Part shown: piece after piece, positions 11,702 through 23,990 of the stretch
Layout: every line of letters starts with the position of its first letter
How positions within the stretch are numbered: position 1 is the stretch's first letter
From: Pecten maximus
Lineage: Eukaryota
NCBI RefSeq assembly: GCF_902652985.1
Contig: NC_047020.1
Coordinates: 12,028,001-12,092,000 of the forward strand
DNA length: 64,000 bases
Direction: 5' to 3'
The notes under the pieces: generated by a model
Database searches by the model: none
Told to the model about the DNA's origin: nothing
What the model saw: only the letters and a program-made list of their open reading frames with translations
Program-made: the position numbers and the translations under genes

Positions 11702-13843
11702 TGTGTGGAATTCCCCGTTAATGACAGCATGAACCGGAGGATGTGTGGATTGCCCGTTAATGACAGCATGAACCGGAGGATGTGTGGAATTCCCCGTTAA
11801 TGACAACAGGAACAGGAGAATGTGTGGAATTCCCCGTTAATGACAGCATGAACAGGATGATGTGTGGAAATCCCCGTTAATGACAGCATGAACCGGAGGA
11901 TGTGTGGATTGCCCGTTAATGACAGCATGAACCGGAGGATGTGTGGAATTCCCCGTTAATGACAACAGGAACAGGAGAATGTGTGGAATTCCCCGTTAAT
12001 GACAGCATGAACAGGATGATGTGTGGAAATCCCCGTTAATGACAGCATGAACAGGAGAATGTGTGGAATTCCCCGTTAATGACAGCATGAACAGGATGAT
12101 GTGTGGAAATCCCCGTTAATGACAGCATGAACAGGAGGATGTGTGGATTGTCCGTTAATGACAGCTGGACCAGGATGATGTGTGGATTCCCCGTTAATGA
12201 CAGCTGGACCAGGATGATGTGTGGATTGTCCGTTAATGACAGCTGGACCAGGATGATGTGTGGATTGTCCGTTAATGACAGCATGAACAGGATGATGTGT
12301 GGAATTCCCCGTTAACGAATGCTTGTCCAGCAGGATGTGTGGATTGTCCGTTAATGACAGCTGGACCAGGATGATGTGTGGATTGTCCGTTAATGACAGC
12401 TGGACCAGGATGATGTGTGGATTGTCCGTTAATGACAGCTGGACCAGGATGATGTGTGGATTGTCCGTTAATGACAGCTGGACCAGGATGATGTGTGGAT
12501 TGTCCGTTAATGACAGCTGGACCAGGATGATGTGTGGATTGTCCGTTAATGACAGCTGGACCAGGATGATGTGTGGATTGTCCGTTAATGACAGCTGGAC
12601 CAGGATGATGTGTGGATTGTCCGTTAGTGACAACAGGAACAGGAGGATGTGTGGATTGTCCGTTAATGACAGCATGAACAGGATGATGTGTGGAATTCCC
12701 CGTTAACGAATGCTTGTCCAGCAGGATGTGTGGATTGTCCGTTAATGACAGCTGGACCAGGATGATGTGTGGATTGTCCGTTAATGACAGCTGGACCAGG
12801 ATGATGTGTGGATTGTCCGTTAATGACAGCATGAACAGGATGATGTGTGGAATTCCCCGTTAACGAATGCTTGTCCAGCAGGATGTGTGGATTGTCCGTT
12901 AATGAAAGCTGGACCAGGATGATGTGTGGATTGTCCGTTAATGACAGCTGGACCAGGATGATGTGTGGATTGTCCGTTAATGACAGCATGAACAGGATGA
13001 TGTGTGGAATTCCCCGTTAACGAATGCTTGTCCAGCAGGATGTGTGGATTGTCCGTTAATGACAGCTGGACCAGGAGGATGTGTGGATTGTCCGTTAATG
13101 ACAGCTGGACCAGGAGGATGTGTGGATTGTCCGTTAATGACAGCTGGACCAGGATGATGTGTGGATTGTCCGTTAATGACAGCTGGACCAGGATGATGTG
13201 TGGATTGTCCGTTAATGACAACAGGAACAGGAGGATGTGTGGATTGTCCGTTAATGACAACAGGAACAGGAGGATGTGTGGATTGTCCGTTAATGACAAC
13301 AGGAACAGGAGGATGTGTGGATTGTCCGTTAACGAATGCTTGTCCAGCAGGATGTGTGGATTGTCCGTTAATGACAACAGGAACAGGAGGATGTGTGGAT
13401 TGTCCGTTAATGACAGCTGGACCAGGATGATGTGTGGATTGTCCGTTAATGACAGCTGGACCAGGATGATGTGTGGATTGTCCGTTAATGACAACAGGAA
13501 CAGGATGATGTGTGGAATTCCCCGTTAACGAATGCTTGTCCAGCAGGATGTGTGGATTGTCCGTTAATGACAGCTGGACCAGGATGATGTGTGGATTGCC
13601 CGTTAATGACAGCTGGACCAGGATGATGTGTGGATTGTCCGTTAATGACAGCTGGACCAGGATGATGTGTGGATTGTCCGTTAATGACAGCTGGACCAGG
13701 ATGATGTGTGGATTGTCCGTCAATGACAACAGGAACAGGAGGATGTGTGGATTGTCCGTTAATGACAACAGGAACAGGAGGATGTGTGGATTGTCCGTTA
13801 ATGACAACAGGAACAGGAGAATGTGTGGAATCCTCGTTATTGA
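11702..13843 (+). repeat. 39/40-bp minisatellite (GATGTGTGGATTGTCCGTTAATGACAGCTGGACCAGGAT)
   Basis: About 55 units in several variant classes; source of many spurious ORFs. Confidence 0.97.
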
Positions 13844-14243
13844 CAGTTTATTATACAGTCATAGTAAATCTTTGTCACACCATTAACTTTCATGGAATTC
13901 CGATACTTGTTCAATTGTTATTTATTCCCCAAAAATCGATCCATCTGTTTTTAAATCTCATTGTTCGGGGCTTTTGTTTATGTGTTGTTTCAGCTGCTTC
14001 ATCATTAAAATCTATAACACAGTAGTGGTAAAGAGCTGAGAATACATAGATCCATGAACTCATTTTGTCTAAGCATTGTTATGGGCGATGCCCTATTGAA
14101 ACCCGAACAAAGCACTTATAGACATGTAATGTATTTAGCTCACATTAGTGTAAACACGGCACTACCAATGTCTAATAAATCAGTTGACACTGGACGACAA
14201 AGTATGTATTTCAGGTGGAAGACGTACAGCTGCCATTCAGTTA

Positions 14244-14378
14244 TCACTTGTTGTCCCACATGACATACGCAGGCCAGTAAGCTAGATTAAACACGAGAAA
14301 AGTTAGTGGAAATGCGACTCGAGCGACCCTGTCCGCTGTCCTGGCTTTCTCTCGAGCCTCCGCCGATGGACCAGCTCT
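14244..14378 (-). CDS. Channel exon 8 (M4 and stop)
   Basis: [44 protein letters not shown]; phase-0 acceptor; minus-strand AATAAA near 13921-13926. Confidence 0.92.
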   Translation of the reverse strand, partial: RAGPSAEAREKARTADRVARVAFPLTFLVFNLAYWPAYVMWDNK

Positions 14379-17300
14379 CTAAACAGAATAAATTAACACT
14401 CAAATGAATAAAAAGGCTTGCATAAAACATTTTAAAAAAATGCTTATGATTTTAATTATTATATATTGATCTTAAAGCGACTCTATCTTTAGATTTCATA
14501 CTCGGTAAACTCTTTGTTTTTATTTTCAAACAGTGATCGCTTTAAACGAAATAATTGTATTTGCAGTTAGGCGAGGTGGGATGCTGTATGTAATCCATAA
14601 TAGCAAAGGCATTATTGACAAAACTGTTACAGAAACAGGTGGATCTATACTCATTTAATAACGAGCAAATATTGCGATAATAAACAAATTTATAATAAAA
14701 ATAAACGATAAAAGAATTGCATCATATGCTTACAGTATTAGACCATTATACACAAAACAAAAAAAACAAAAACAAGATTTGTGATGACTGGATACACAAC
14801 GTAAAACGTTGGCTCGAATGATTAACTCGAAATGGGTATTCCAACAACATTATCGCTACAAGGTGCAGTTGCCATGAAAAATGTCATTATTTTAAAATTA
14901 TTTTTTCAATGTAGATTAACCGTTTAAAAAATGAATAAAGGAAAGCAAGACCTTATGTCTGTAGCAAGGTCCAGAGTGACATATGACTGTCGACAATTAC
15001 ATGTAGTTTTTGGAAGCAAACATAATGTATATAAACTGTCAGGACTTAGTTTCGACTTAGTTTTGACTATATATCTCAAGTTGAGTAAAGTTTTTACTCG
15101 AGGTATTAGTGAATATGTTTTTAAAATCATTTTACTATCTGATATGCATATCTGTACGTTCCGGTATTCTTCTGTTGTTGGTCATTGTATTGATATTTAA
15201 AGATCTACTGAGTCATTTGGTTCTATACAAACATAATAATAATTCTATCAGCTGTAGCATTAATACCATTATTTGTAAGTCCAGAATTAAATGATTGCTT
15301 ATTTATTGCAAGGGGAATATAAAGTGCATCTACAAGAGATTCACAATTTTGTTAAAGATTTTGCACTTCCTACATCAAATGAATTATTATTTATCTTGTA
15401 GTCTAACAGATGACTCAACAACGGTGAGTATATGACTAAACCATAAATAAACAAATTTGAATATATGGTATAAATATATTGGGAGGTACGATATTGAAGC
15501 CATTAAAGTTTTCTATTTTTTGTTAAATTCATGTGGAATTTTGTATATTTGACTCGATTCTCCCTCAGCAAATAAAATCTGTTCAATCTCGTCGATGCTC
15601 GAAGTCAGAGACCGAGTCTTGACGGATTGACCCAGATATTGGGATTGGCCCAGATATTAGGACTGGCCCGGGTATCAGGACTGGCCCTGATATTAGGGCT
15701 GGCCTATATATTAGGACTGACCCATATATAAGGACTGGCCCAGATACTAGGACTGGCCATGATATTAGGACTGGCCCAGGTATTAGGATTGGCCCAGATA
15801 ATAGGACTGGCCCAGATATTAGGACTGGCCCTGATATTAGGGCTGGCCTATATATTAGGACTGACCCATATATAAGGATTGACCCAGATATTAGGACTGG
15901 CCGAGATATTAGGACTGGCCTAGATATTAAGATTGGTCCTGATATTAGGACTGGCCCAGATATTAGGATTATCACAGATATTAGGACTGGCCCAGATATT
16001 AGGACTGGTCCAGATATTGGGATTGGCCCAGATATTAGGACTGGTCCTGATATTGGGACTGGTCCAGATATTGGGATTGGCCCAGATATTAGGACTGGCC
16101 GAGATATTAGGACTGGTCCAGATACATTGTTACATTGTTAATAAATTTATCATTTGTCTTTAATTGGTTGGCGCAACTAGCTAAGTCAACAATTGATAAG
16201 GACGACATTTGTAATGCCTACTATTGACATTGGTGTTATACAGCTTTAGATATTGCGAAAACAGCTTATATTTACACATGGGTATGTAATGAAATACAAA
16301 TCGTTTACTCAGTAATGACGTAGCTAGTATCAAAATTCAACTACGATCAATACATAATTATAGAAGTGTGCTTTGAATACACTATAGACTATAATTACTG
16401 GTATTCCGAAGAGAATATTTCTATAGAGGTTGTTAGACTCGACCACTTTAAAAGATAATGACCATGCAGTGATGAATATACCCTAGACAATAGAAAACAA
16501 AGGCCTTTTTACGTTAACATGCGGTGAAGACACGTCCTTAAGGTCATGTACGGTGAACAATGACTCCTGTCTGGCCACCACGGTTTATACAAGGAGGATG
16601 GTTCACTATAGAGACAATGATAGAGTCAGATATGATAATGGATCCCAAGATTAAAGACTCCCCCATATCCCCAGCACCATCTGTAAAGTAAACAGAAAAA
16701 TTAACAAAATGGACTTATGACATTTTGATTATAGCCACCCTAGGATGAGTTTTTTTATGATAGCCATTTCGAAGATAAATGGTCATCTTGTATAAGATGG
16801 CCTTTTTCAATTCTATCACTTGTTTCGAGTCTTATGAAATATTTCGTCGTCACCCAGGGATATTTCTTAGACAATTGTAAATAATTATAATCTATTTAAG
16901 ACAACAACAAAAACGTTTAAGAAATATAAAAGTAAACACTGAACTATCTCGTTGTGGTAATTATGATCGCATAAATGATAGATATGCAGGCAAACACATC
17001 ACATTATGATGTTTACATGTGAACTGCTGTCATTTATAACGACCATAAACACCTGTTGTAAGACAGTAAAGTGCATAATGGTTACGTCATGTAGGTATAG
17101 TGTTATATTTTGCCTATCAAGATGTCCTCATAGAATAGGGTAACATAATTCTGCTGTTATCGTACATTAATTAGTCGCATCACACTATCATGCGGTGGGA
17201 TACAGGAACTTCCGGTCAAGTTCTTACCTCTCTTACGGTCACTTTCTTACCTCTTTTGTGTTAAATTCTCCATTTTTGCTACCATTTTCGTCAGTCTTTT

Positions 17301-20300
17301 TGAATTCCACAATAGTCTCACGCCTTCTCCGTTCAACACGTGCCAAGACGTTGACATGCGCAAACTGTATGAGAGCAGCGAACACAAACAGCAGGCAGAT
17401 GGCCATCCACACGTCTATAGCCTTAATGTAAGACACTCGGGGAAGCTCTGATCGGGCGGATGACGACATGGTTGTCATGGTGAGGACGGTGAGGAGGCCA
17501 AGTGAAATTCGCGCAGGAACCGCATCTATATTGAGCCAAAACGACACCCAAGACAACATGACAATTAAGCTGGTGGGGATGTAGACCTGGATCAGGTAGT
17601 ATCCATAGTTACGGGATAACTTGATGTTGAAGCCAACACAACTATACAGGACTGTAAAAGAGTAAAGAGCTAAGAGTTATTATCTCTACACGGCGTTAAT
17701 CATATAAAACATTTTTGAATGCATTTTTTCACAAAGTACTTATTTTGAAATTGACAGTTACAATTGTTGTCAGGTTACATTAAGACGTCATTCATTTATA
17801 AGTATAACATGAAGAAAGAATCTTTTCACTTTTTTAGATTTCAGTTTTACAATAACACAGGAACAAATAATGTACAGGCCAATAACTAACTATCATTGTA
17901 AACCTCGTCACAGGTATATGACGTCACTTCTCCGATCTCAAACTGCGGCGATACTAGTCCTTCCACCCGTTTTACCGGAATATCGTGCCACTTGACATAC
18001 AGGAAGTCGGCACTATGGCCATCTATACAAATGTACAAAAATACAAATGGAAACGTCATCATGGTTGCCACGTCAGTTAAGCAAACATAGACACATATAC
18101 ACGAAAACAAAAACAAAACAAGCAATACTTCAAACTAAATTGAAGGAAACGACAGCAAAAATAGAAAAAAGATTGCCATGGGACCTTTTGAAAAGTATGG
18201 AATATGTGTTACAGTAAAGTAAACGTCGCTTGCTTCATGAAAACAAACCAGGAACTTTTATATCTGTGGTTTAAGTTTCTCCTTGAGCAGTCTACATCTA
18301 TTACGAAAGTCACTATTTTATAAACAAGGATTAGATATGGAATTTACTGGTCTGCATATAAATACAGCAAGCGGGGAAACATGGGTACTGCTATCAAGAG
18401 ATATTATATATATCAATATATATATAAATATTCACGCTTTTCATGCCGCCTTGTTGGAAGTATTGGCAAGTGTGATGTTTTGATTTGTTTTCTAGTTCGT
18501 GTGATAGTATAATGAACATTATTTTCTTATATCGTAGTTTCTTTCAGAGAAATAATGAAGAATTGAGCTTTAACTAAACCAAATCGTAGGAAGAATTAAA
18601 AACGACGTTGCAAATAGTTTTAAATTGGTGCATGTCGCACATCTCAGATTAATTTTATCTTTATATATCTACCTTTATATAGACAAGAATATTATCATTA
18701 AAATAGTTTTAAGGAACTTAGCAAACTCAAATGAAATCGCTTTGATAAAGACATACTGATAATTTGATGTCATATAATCTGTGTATAGTTGATTAAATTC
18801 TTCACATGGAGATTGTGAGATTTAACTTACAGCTCTCCACCTCCAACCGACAGATTTGTTCATCCAGAGGATACGTATGGAGCTTCATAAAGCAGGAAAA
18901 CGTCCCCGTTATCCTAATCAGATAAAGAGAGGAAATATGCTTCACCATGTGTATCTGTTGTTTTTCGGTATTCACTTTTCTGTCTGGGATATCAGAGGGT
19001 ACTGTCTGGGATATCAGAGGGTATTGTCTGGGATATCATAGTATGTTGTCTGGGATATCAGAGGGCATTGTCTGGGATATCAGAGGGTATTGTCGTATTG
19101 TCTTGGATATCAGAGGGTATTGTCTGGGATATCAGAGGATATTGTCTGGGATATCAGAGGGTATTGTCTGGGATATCAGAGGGTATTGTCTGGGATATCA
19201 GAGGGTACTGTGGGATATCAGAGGGTATTGTCTGGGATATCAGAGGGCATTGTCTGGGATATCGGAGGATACTGTCTGGGATATCAGAGGGCATTGTCTG
19301 GTATATCGGAGGGTACTGTCTGGGATATCAGAGGATACTGTCTGGGATATCAGAGGGTACTGTCTGGGATATCAGAGTGTATTGTCTGGGATATCAGAGG
19401 GTATTGTCTGGGATATCGGAGAGTTCTGTCTGGGATATCAGAGGATACTGTCTGGAATATCAGAGGGTATTGTCTGGGATATCAGAGGGTATTGTCTGGG
19501 ATATCAGAGGGTATTGTCTGGGATATCAGAGGATACTGTCTGGATATCAGAGGGTACTGTCTGGGATATCAGAGGGTACTGTCTGGGATATCAGAGGGTA
19601 TTGTCTGGGATATCAGAGGGTACTGTCTGGGATATAAGAGGGTACTGTCTGGGATATCAGAGGGTATTGTCTGGGATATCAGAGGGTATTGTCTGGGATA
19701 TCAGAGGGTATTGCCTGGATATCAGAGGGTATTGTCTGGGATATCAGAGGATACTGTCTGGGATATCAGAGGGTACTGTCTGGGATATCAGAGGGTACTG
19801 TCTGGGATATCAGAGGGTATTGTCTGGGATATCAGAGGGTACTGTCTGGGATATCAGAGTAAACTTTCAATTCATCATAATTTTCATGAATATCAATAAT
19901 TGCAATGTATCACAGAATGTCATTTAAAAGAAAACAACTTTTAACCAAATTCAGATTAACGGTATAACGTCAACATAAGTGAGTTAAGTACAAGTGTACT
20001 GTTTGAAGCCCGCCAACAGATCCGTACCTATTAATATCATATGACAATGATCAGTCAACGACAATGGATGATGTAAGAGAGTGTTAGTGTTACCTTCTGC
20101 TCAAGTAGACAGTTCCGTCGGGGTAGATGTAGATAAGACTGTTCGGTACAGTGACGTGATGGAAGTTGGCCACCTTTTCATTCCTGATATAGAGATCTGG
20201 TATCCATAGTGAGGACAGATGTCGAGTGTCCATCTCTATATAACCCTTATCATCTATGGCTGTGTACATAAGACGCGAATCGTTCCATGTCTGCCGGAAA

Positions 20301-23112
20301 AACATGCTCATTTTGTAGTCCTGCAACAAGAGCATTGTTTGTTTGTTTTTGTTTAACGTCATATTAACAGCCAGGGTCATTTAAGGACGTGCCAGGTTTT
20401 GGAGGTGGAGGAATGACGGAGTACCCGGAGAAAAAACACCGGCTTACGGTCAGTACCTGGCAACTGCCCCACGTAGGTTTCGTGGGACAGTTGCCAGGTA
20501 CTGACCGTAACAGGAGCATCCATATACTAAAAACACAATGGGACTGAACCAAGGGCTCCCCTGGCAATTATTGTCATTGATAAATACAAATATATATACA
20601 ATAACTATATACTTCTAAGTGTATATACCATCATATCTAAATATATACTACTGGGGGAATAAAATATGTACATACTTTTTTTAAGTATATATACTAAAAC
20701 ACTTGGATGTTTTTTGGGGGAAACTTCTTTTAATTATTATTCATGTTTGAAACACAAACAAATGTATTTGTTTTTAAAATATAAAATATTGTGACAATTG
20801 GTTCACCGATATAGACACTATTGATAACAAACCCAGAAAAAGCATACAGAGGCTATCTAAGTGATTCGGCCTGTACACGTTTTGTATATTCAATGATCTA
20901 CGAGTGCTTTATTCTGTAGCATGTTTAACCCATTCTGTCTTTGTGTAGAAAATGACTCAGTAATAAGTGTGTAACCAGAACATCAATATATCTATTGTAC
21001 AGGACCTTTGTTAATGAGGCAATACACACATCACGTGTCATTGGTTATCATATTTGTTGATTACTGTACTTTTATTGGGTTTAATCATAGTATATTTTAC
21101 ACCCAGGCTTGTAGATCATACACTTTGTAACAAGGAACAACAAAATATTACCTACCATGTTGGCCTCGCTGACCGAGTCGATAGACAGAATGAAAATCTG
21201 AACTTTATCTACGACAGGTCCTCCTGCGAGTATCATCAGTGATTAGAATTAAAGACACTGAAACATACTTTCAGTAAATATACAATGTCACATCACATTT
21301 ACTATGAGCACTTTATCGGTAAAGCAAGAAAATATTTATAAAATTATGGCACAATTTTAATTGTTATTTTTTTTGAATTAACGAATAGAATATTCAAAAC
21401 TTTCGTATATAATCAATATTGTAAAATATATTTTGCATGCTGTATATACTAAGTATTACATATCACAGTACAATATGGCAGGATGAATTTGATACATTAT
21501 ATAGATATGTTACATATTTTAATGTAATATTATAGGATACAGTTGATACATTGTACATATATATTACATATCATAGTGCAAGATCGCGGGATAATTTTGA
21601 TACATTGTATATCATTTACATATTGTATTGTGGTGAGATAGATTTGTAACATTGATTATATTACATCACATTACAATACGGTATGGTATTTAACATATTA
21701 TCAGGCAATGGGATAAGGTATTTCTGATAAAAAAACATCAACTGCATGTGATAACAAACATCCTAAAACTATGGGATATAAACATACGGGGTCTTCCCCG
21801 AACACCAACTCTGGTTAGGGTGGGGTGTTCACATAGGGGTTAAGGTGTGTTGATAGGGAGTTATAGTCTGTTACAGAAAAATTCTCAGTTTTAGAACACA
21901 GGCAAATTAGAACACAGGTAAATCAAATCACAAAATACCACAGACTGGTAAGTTTACCGTTCGTGTAGAATGGCCGTATTGTTGGATCGTAGTTCTGAAA
22001 TAGTGACTTGGTCAGCGACTGCCTACAACAAAGGAGTTAGGAATTGTTCGTAAGACAGCCCCTATGATAATTTAAATGAAACACATCATCAGCACGAAAA
22101 CATAACCCTAGCCTGTGACGATTTGTGTAATGCCCTAGTCTTAACGGATCATATCACATAGTGTCACTCTTCAGTCACATCTACTTTAACAGTCATCTGT
22201 GTTTGATAACTTCCTGTTCTCCACTTGTTCCTCGATCACCTAGTCTTGTCTAATCTTAAATTGTCTGATGTCTTAAAGAGTCTATGGACGTACACCAGAA
22301 GAGAAGAATTGCTGTTTAGTTGCCAAACTGTACAATACTTTTGTATGTGTAAATACATGTATATATTACCAAACTTTGCGTTAATCTTGATCACAGATTT
22401 TTAAGTGAATGATACTTCAACAATTTAGACATATAAATGTGAATTCTCGTTATCCAGCTACAGTGATGCTTTTGACCAAAAGTATAGAAATCAAGAAGGA
22501 TTTTAGATTGAACATACATATGTTGATATATGGAAAAAAAGTCTTAAAGTGAATAAATCTATCCTAATATTCCGTCTAAAGGAACATGTTACGGAGTACA
22601 TTTGTATAGTAAGTAGGATTCTTCACCATTTTCAAAATTTGAGGTTTAAATAGACAAACATGTTTGGCCTTGGAAAGGTGAATATTAATAGCTCTCTGAA
22701 TTTAAAGAATATATATATTGCCAATTCAACATATGTTAAACATTGGCGGTAGTTATTGTCTCCTGTACTTTAGTATGGTTTTGCCTCCGCAATAATGTTG
22801 TTTGTTTTGGTGTCTAAACAGCTTCTTTTGTCGTCTTTTCCATCAAGGTCCGATTTTGTCTGTATGGACAACGTGCCTGTTTTGCTGCTAAGTGATGTTT
22901 ACTGAAGTGGTCTTACTAACATATTGTTATTTGATGTACATCGCTTTTCATATATAACTCATTAAAGTGGAGGTTTGTAATACAAGTGATATATATTTAA
23001 GTTATATTACTTACAACTGAAGGGAAATATTCTCGTGTGAATTCCCTACGACGCTGGTACATATACTCCACAACACAAAGACAGTGATAAAGCGATTCCT
23101 TATTGTCTCCAT
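14244..23112 (-). CDS. Cys-loop ligand-gated chloride channel subunit (glycine receptor/GluCl-like), 8 coding exons, 402 aa
   Basis: Exons 23015-23112, 21958-22022, 21156-21223, 20094-20320, 18831-18913, 17891-18022, 17251-17651 and 14244-14378, all GT-AG with matching phases, total 1209 nt. Motifs: signal peptide, YDPTIRP, WIPDLY, Cys-loop [15 protein letters not shown], loop C CDEVYNDILYSC, M1 [21 protein letters not shown], anion-type PAR before M2, M4 [16 protein letters not shown]. Confidence 0.95.
15626..16123 (+). repeat. 18-bp minisatellite (CCAGATATTAGGACTGGC) in channel intron 7
   Basis: About 27 units. Confidence 0.93.
17251..17651 (-). CDS. Channel exon 7 (M1-M3)
   Basis: [28 protein letters not shown]...[21 protein letters not shown]. 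Confidence 0.97.
17891..18022 (-). CDS. Channel exon 6 ([12 protein letters not shown]...PQFEI...TCDEVYND)
   Basis: Loops B and F and the start of loop C; lies in ORF 17886..18125. Confidence 0.93.
18831..18913 (-). CDS. Channel exon 5 (Cys-loop)
   Basis: [27 protein letters not shown]; AG acceptor and GTAAGT donor. Confidence 0.95.
18981..19859 (+). repeat. 21-bp minisatellite (TGTCTGGGATATCAGAGGGTA) in channel intron 4
   Basis: About 42 units. Confidence 0.96.
20094..20320 (-). CDS. Channel exon 4 ([14 protein letters not shown]...[11 protein letters not shown]...GTVYLSR)
   Basis: Binding loops D, A and E; lies in ORF 20090..20380. Confidence 0.95.
20336..20510 (-). mobile_element. 5'-truncated SINE (V-domain-like) ending in a fold-back
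   Basis: Minus-strand TTTTCTCCGGGTACTCCG..TTCCTCCAC core and (AAAC)n tail; hairpin at 20444-20510. Confidence 0.7.
21156..21223 (-). CDS. Channel exon 3 ([22 protein letters not shown])
   Basis: Family beta1-beta2 segment; AG/GT boundaries with consistent phases. Confidence 0.9.
21958..22022 (-). CDS. Channel exon 2 ([21 protein letters not shown])
   Basis: Family motif YDxxxRP; AG/GT boundaries. Confidence 0.9.
23015..23112 (-). CDS. Channel exon 1 (signal peptide [23 protein letters not shown]...)
   Basis: ATG, hydrophobic stretch and GTAAGT donor; phase 2 matches exon 2. Confidence 0.8.
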
Positions 23113-23286
23113 CACGGAATGGTTACACACGTCCTGTCACTCCGATCTCTCCATAAACTGGTCTTCGGTTCACCTTTAGACTCACAAGGTAATTTTAATC
23201 CTATTATGATTTTATCCAACTACTATTCATACTAATGTGGACTACATAAAGGCTTTCGGCATTTAATACATACAGTTCATGTCGCA

Positions 23287-23322
23287 TATAAATACAAGGT
23301 AGAGATTGTTTGTGTGACGTCA
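23287..23322 (-). promoter_or_regulatory. Candidate channel promoter: TATA-like TATTTATA plus CRE TGACGTCA
   Basis: CRE at 23315-23322, about 20 bp upstream of a TATA-like element and about 200 bp upstream of the ATG. Confidence 0.3.
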
Positions 23323-23799
23323 TCTGTTGGATCAGTTAGAAAATAACGGTACGGTGATTTAACCAGCAATGGATATAAAAACCGAAATTGTCCCAATCAC
23401 ACACGCCCATTACAAGTGTCCATTCATTAGAGAATAACTGCCAGATGAGTCCATTGGTAATGCCTCAATCACAGACGTCCAATACAGGTTCTTTCATTCA
23501 TTAGAGAATAACTGCCAGATGTTTCAAGTAATGACGTCCAATATAAGTGTCCATTCTCGTTAGATCGATGGCCACACGGTCAACACAAACACGAGGTACA
23601 TGTATACACTGAAATGTCGTGTAGCTGATGCATCTATCCATCACAGAGATTATCGTACATGTTGATCAAATAGAAACCGTTTACTTTAACATACTTCACT
23701 CGTAGGTACAATATGTTTCATTAATATAATTATCGTATATGTTATGAACTGTAACTACCAGAAGTCAGATTGAGTAGGTATATCCATCAGCAGTACTTC

Positions 23800-23990
23800 A
23801 TCAATATGATCCATTATTATAGGGTACATATGATGGGGTATTTCAATAGCCATTTCTACCATCAATATGATCCATTATTATAGGGTACATATGATGGGGT
23901 ATTTCAATAGCCATTTCTACCATCAATATGATCCATTATTATAGGGTACATATGATGGGGTATTTCAATAGCCATTTCTACGATCAATAT
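23800..23990 (+). repeat. 59-bp tandem repeat, 3 copies
   Basis: CATCAATATGATCCATTATTATAGGGTACATATGATGGGGTATTTCAATAGCCATTTCTAC. Confidence 0.9.

Noticed and set aside
12036-13886. Overlapping long ORFs on both strands
   Set aside because: Artefact of a 39-bp unit (multiple of 3).
18947-19927. Three overlapping ORFs of up to 326 aa
   Set aside because: 21-bp minisatellite inside a channel intron.
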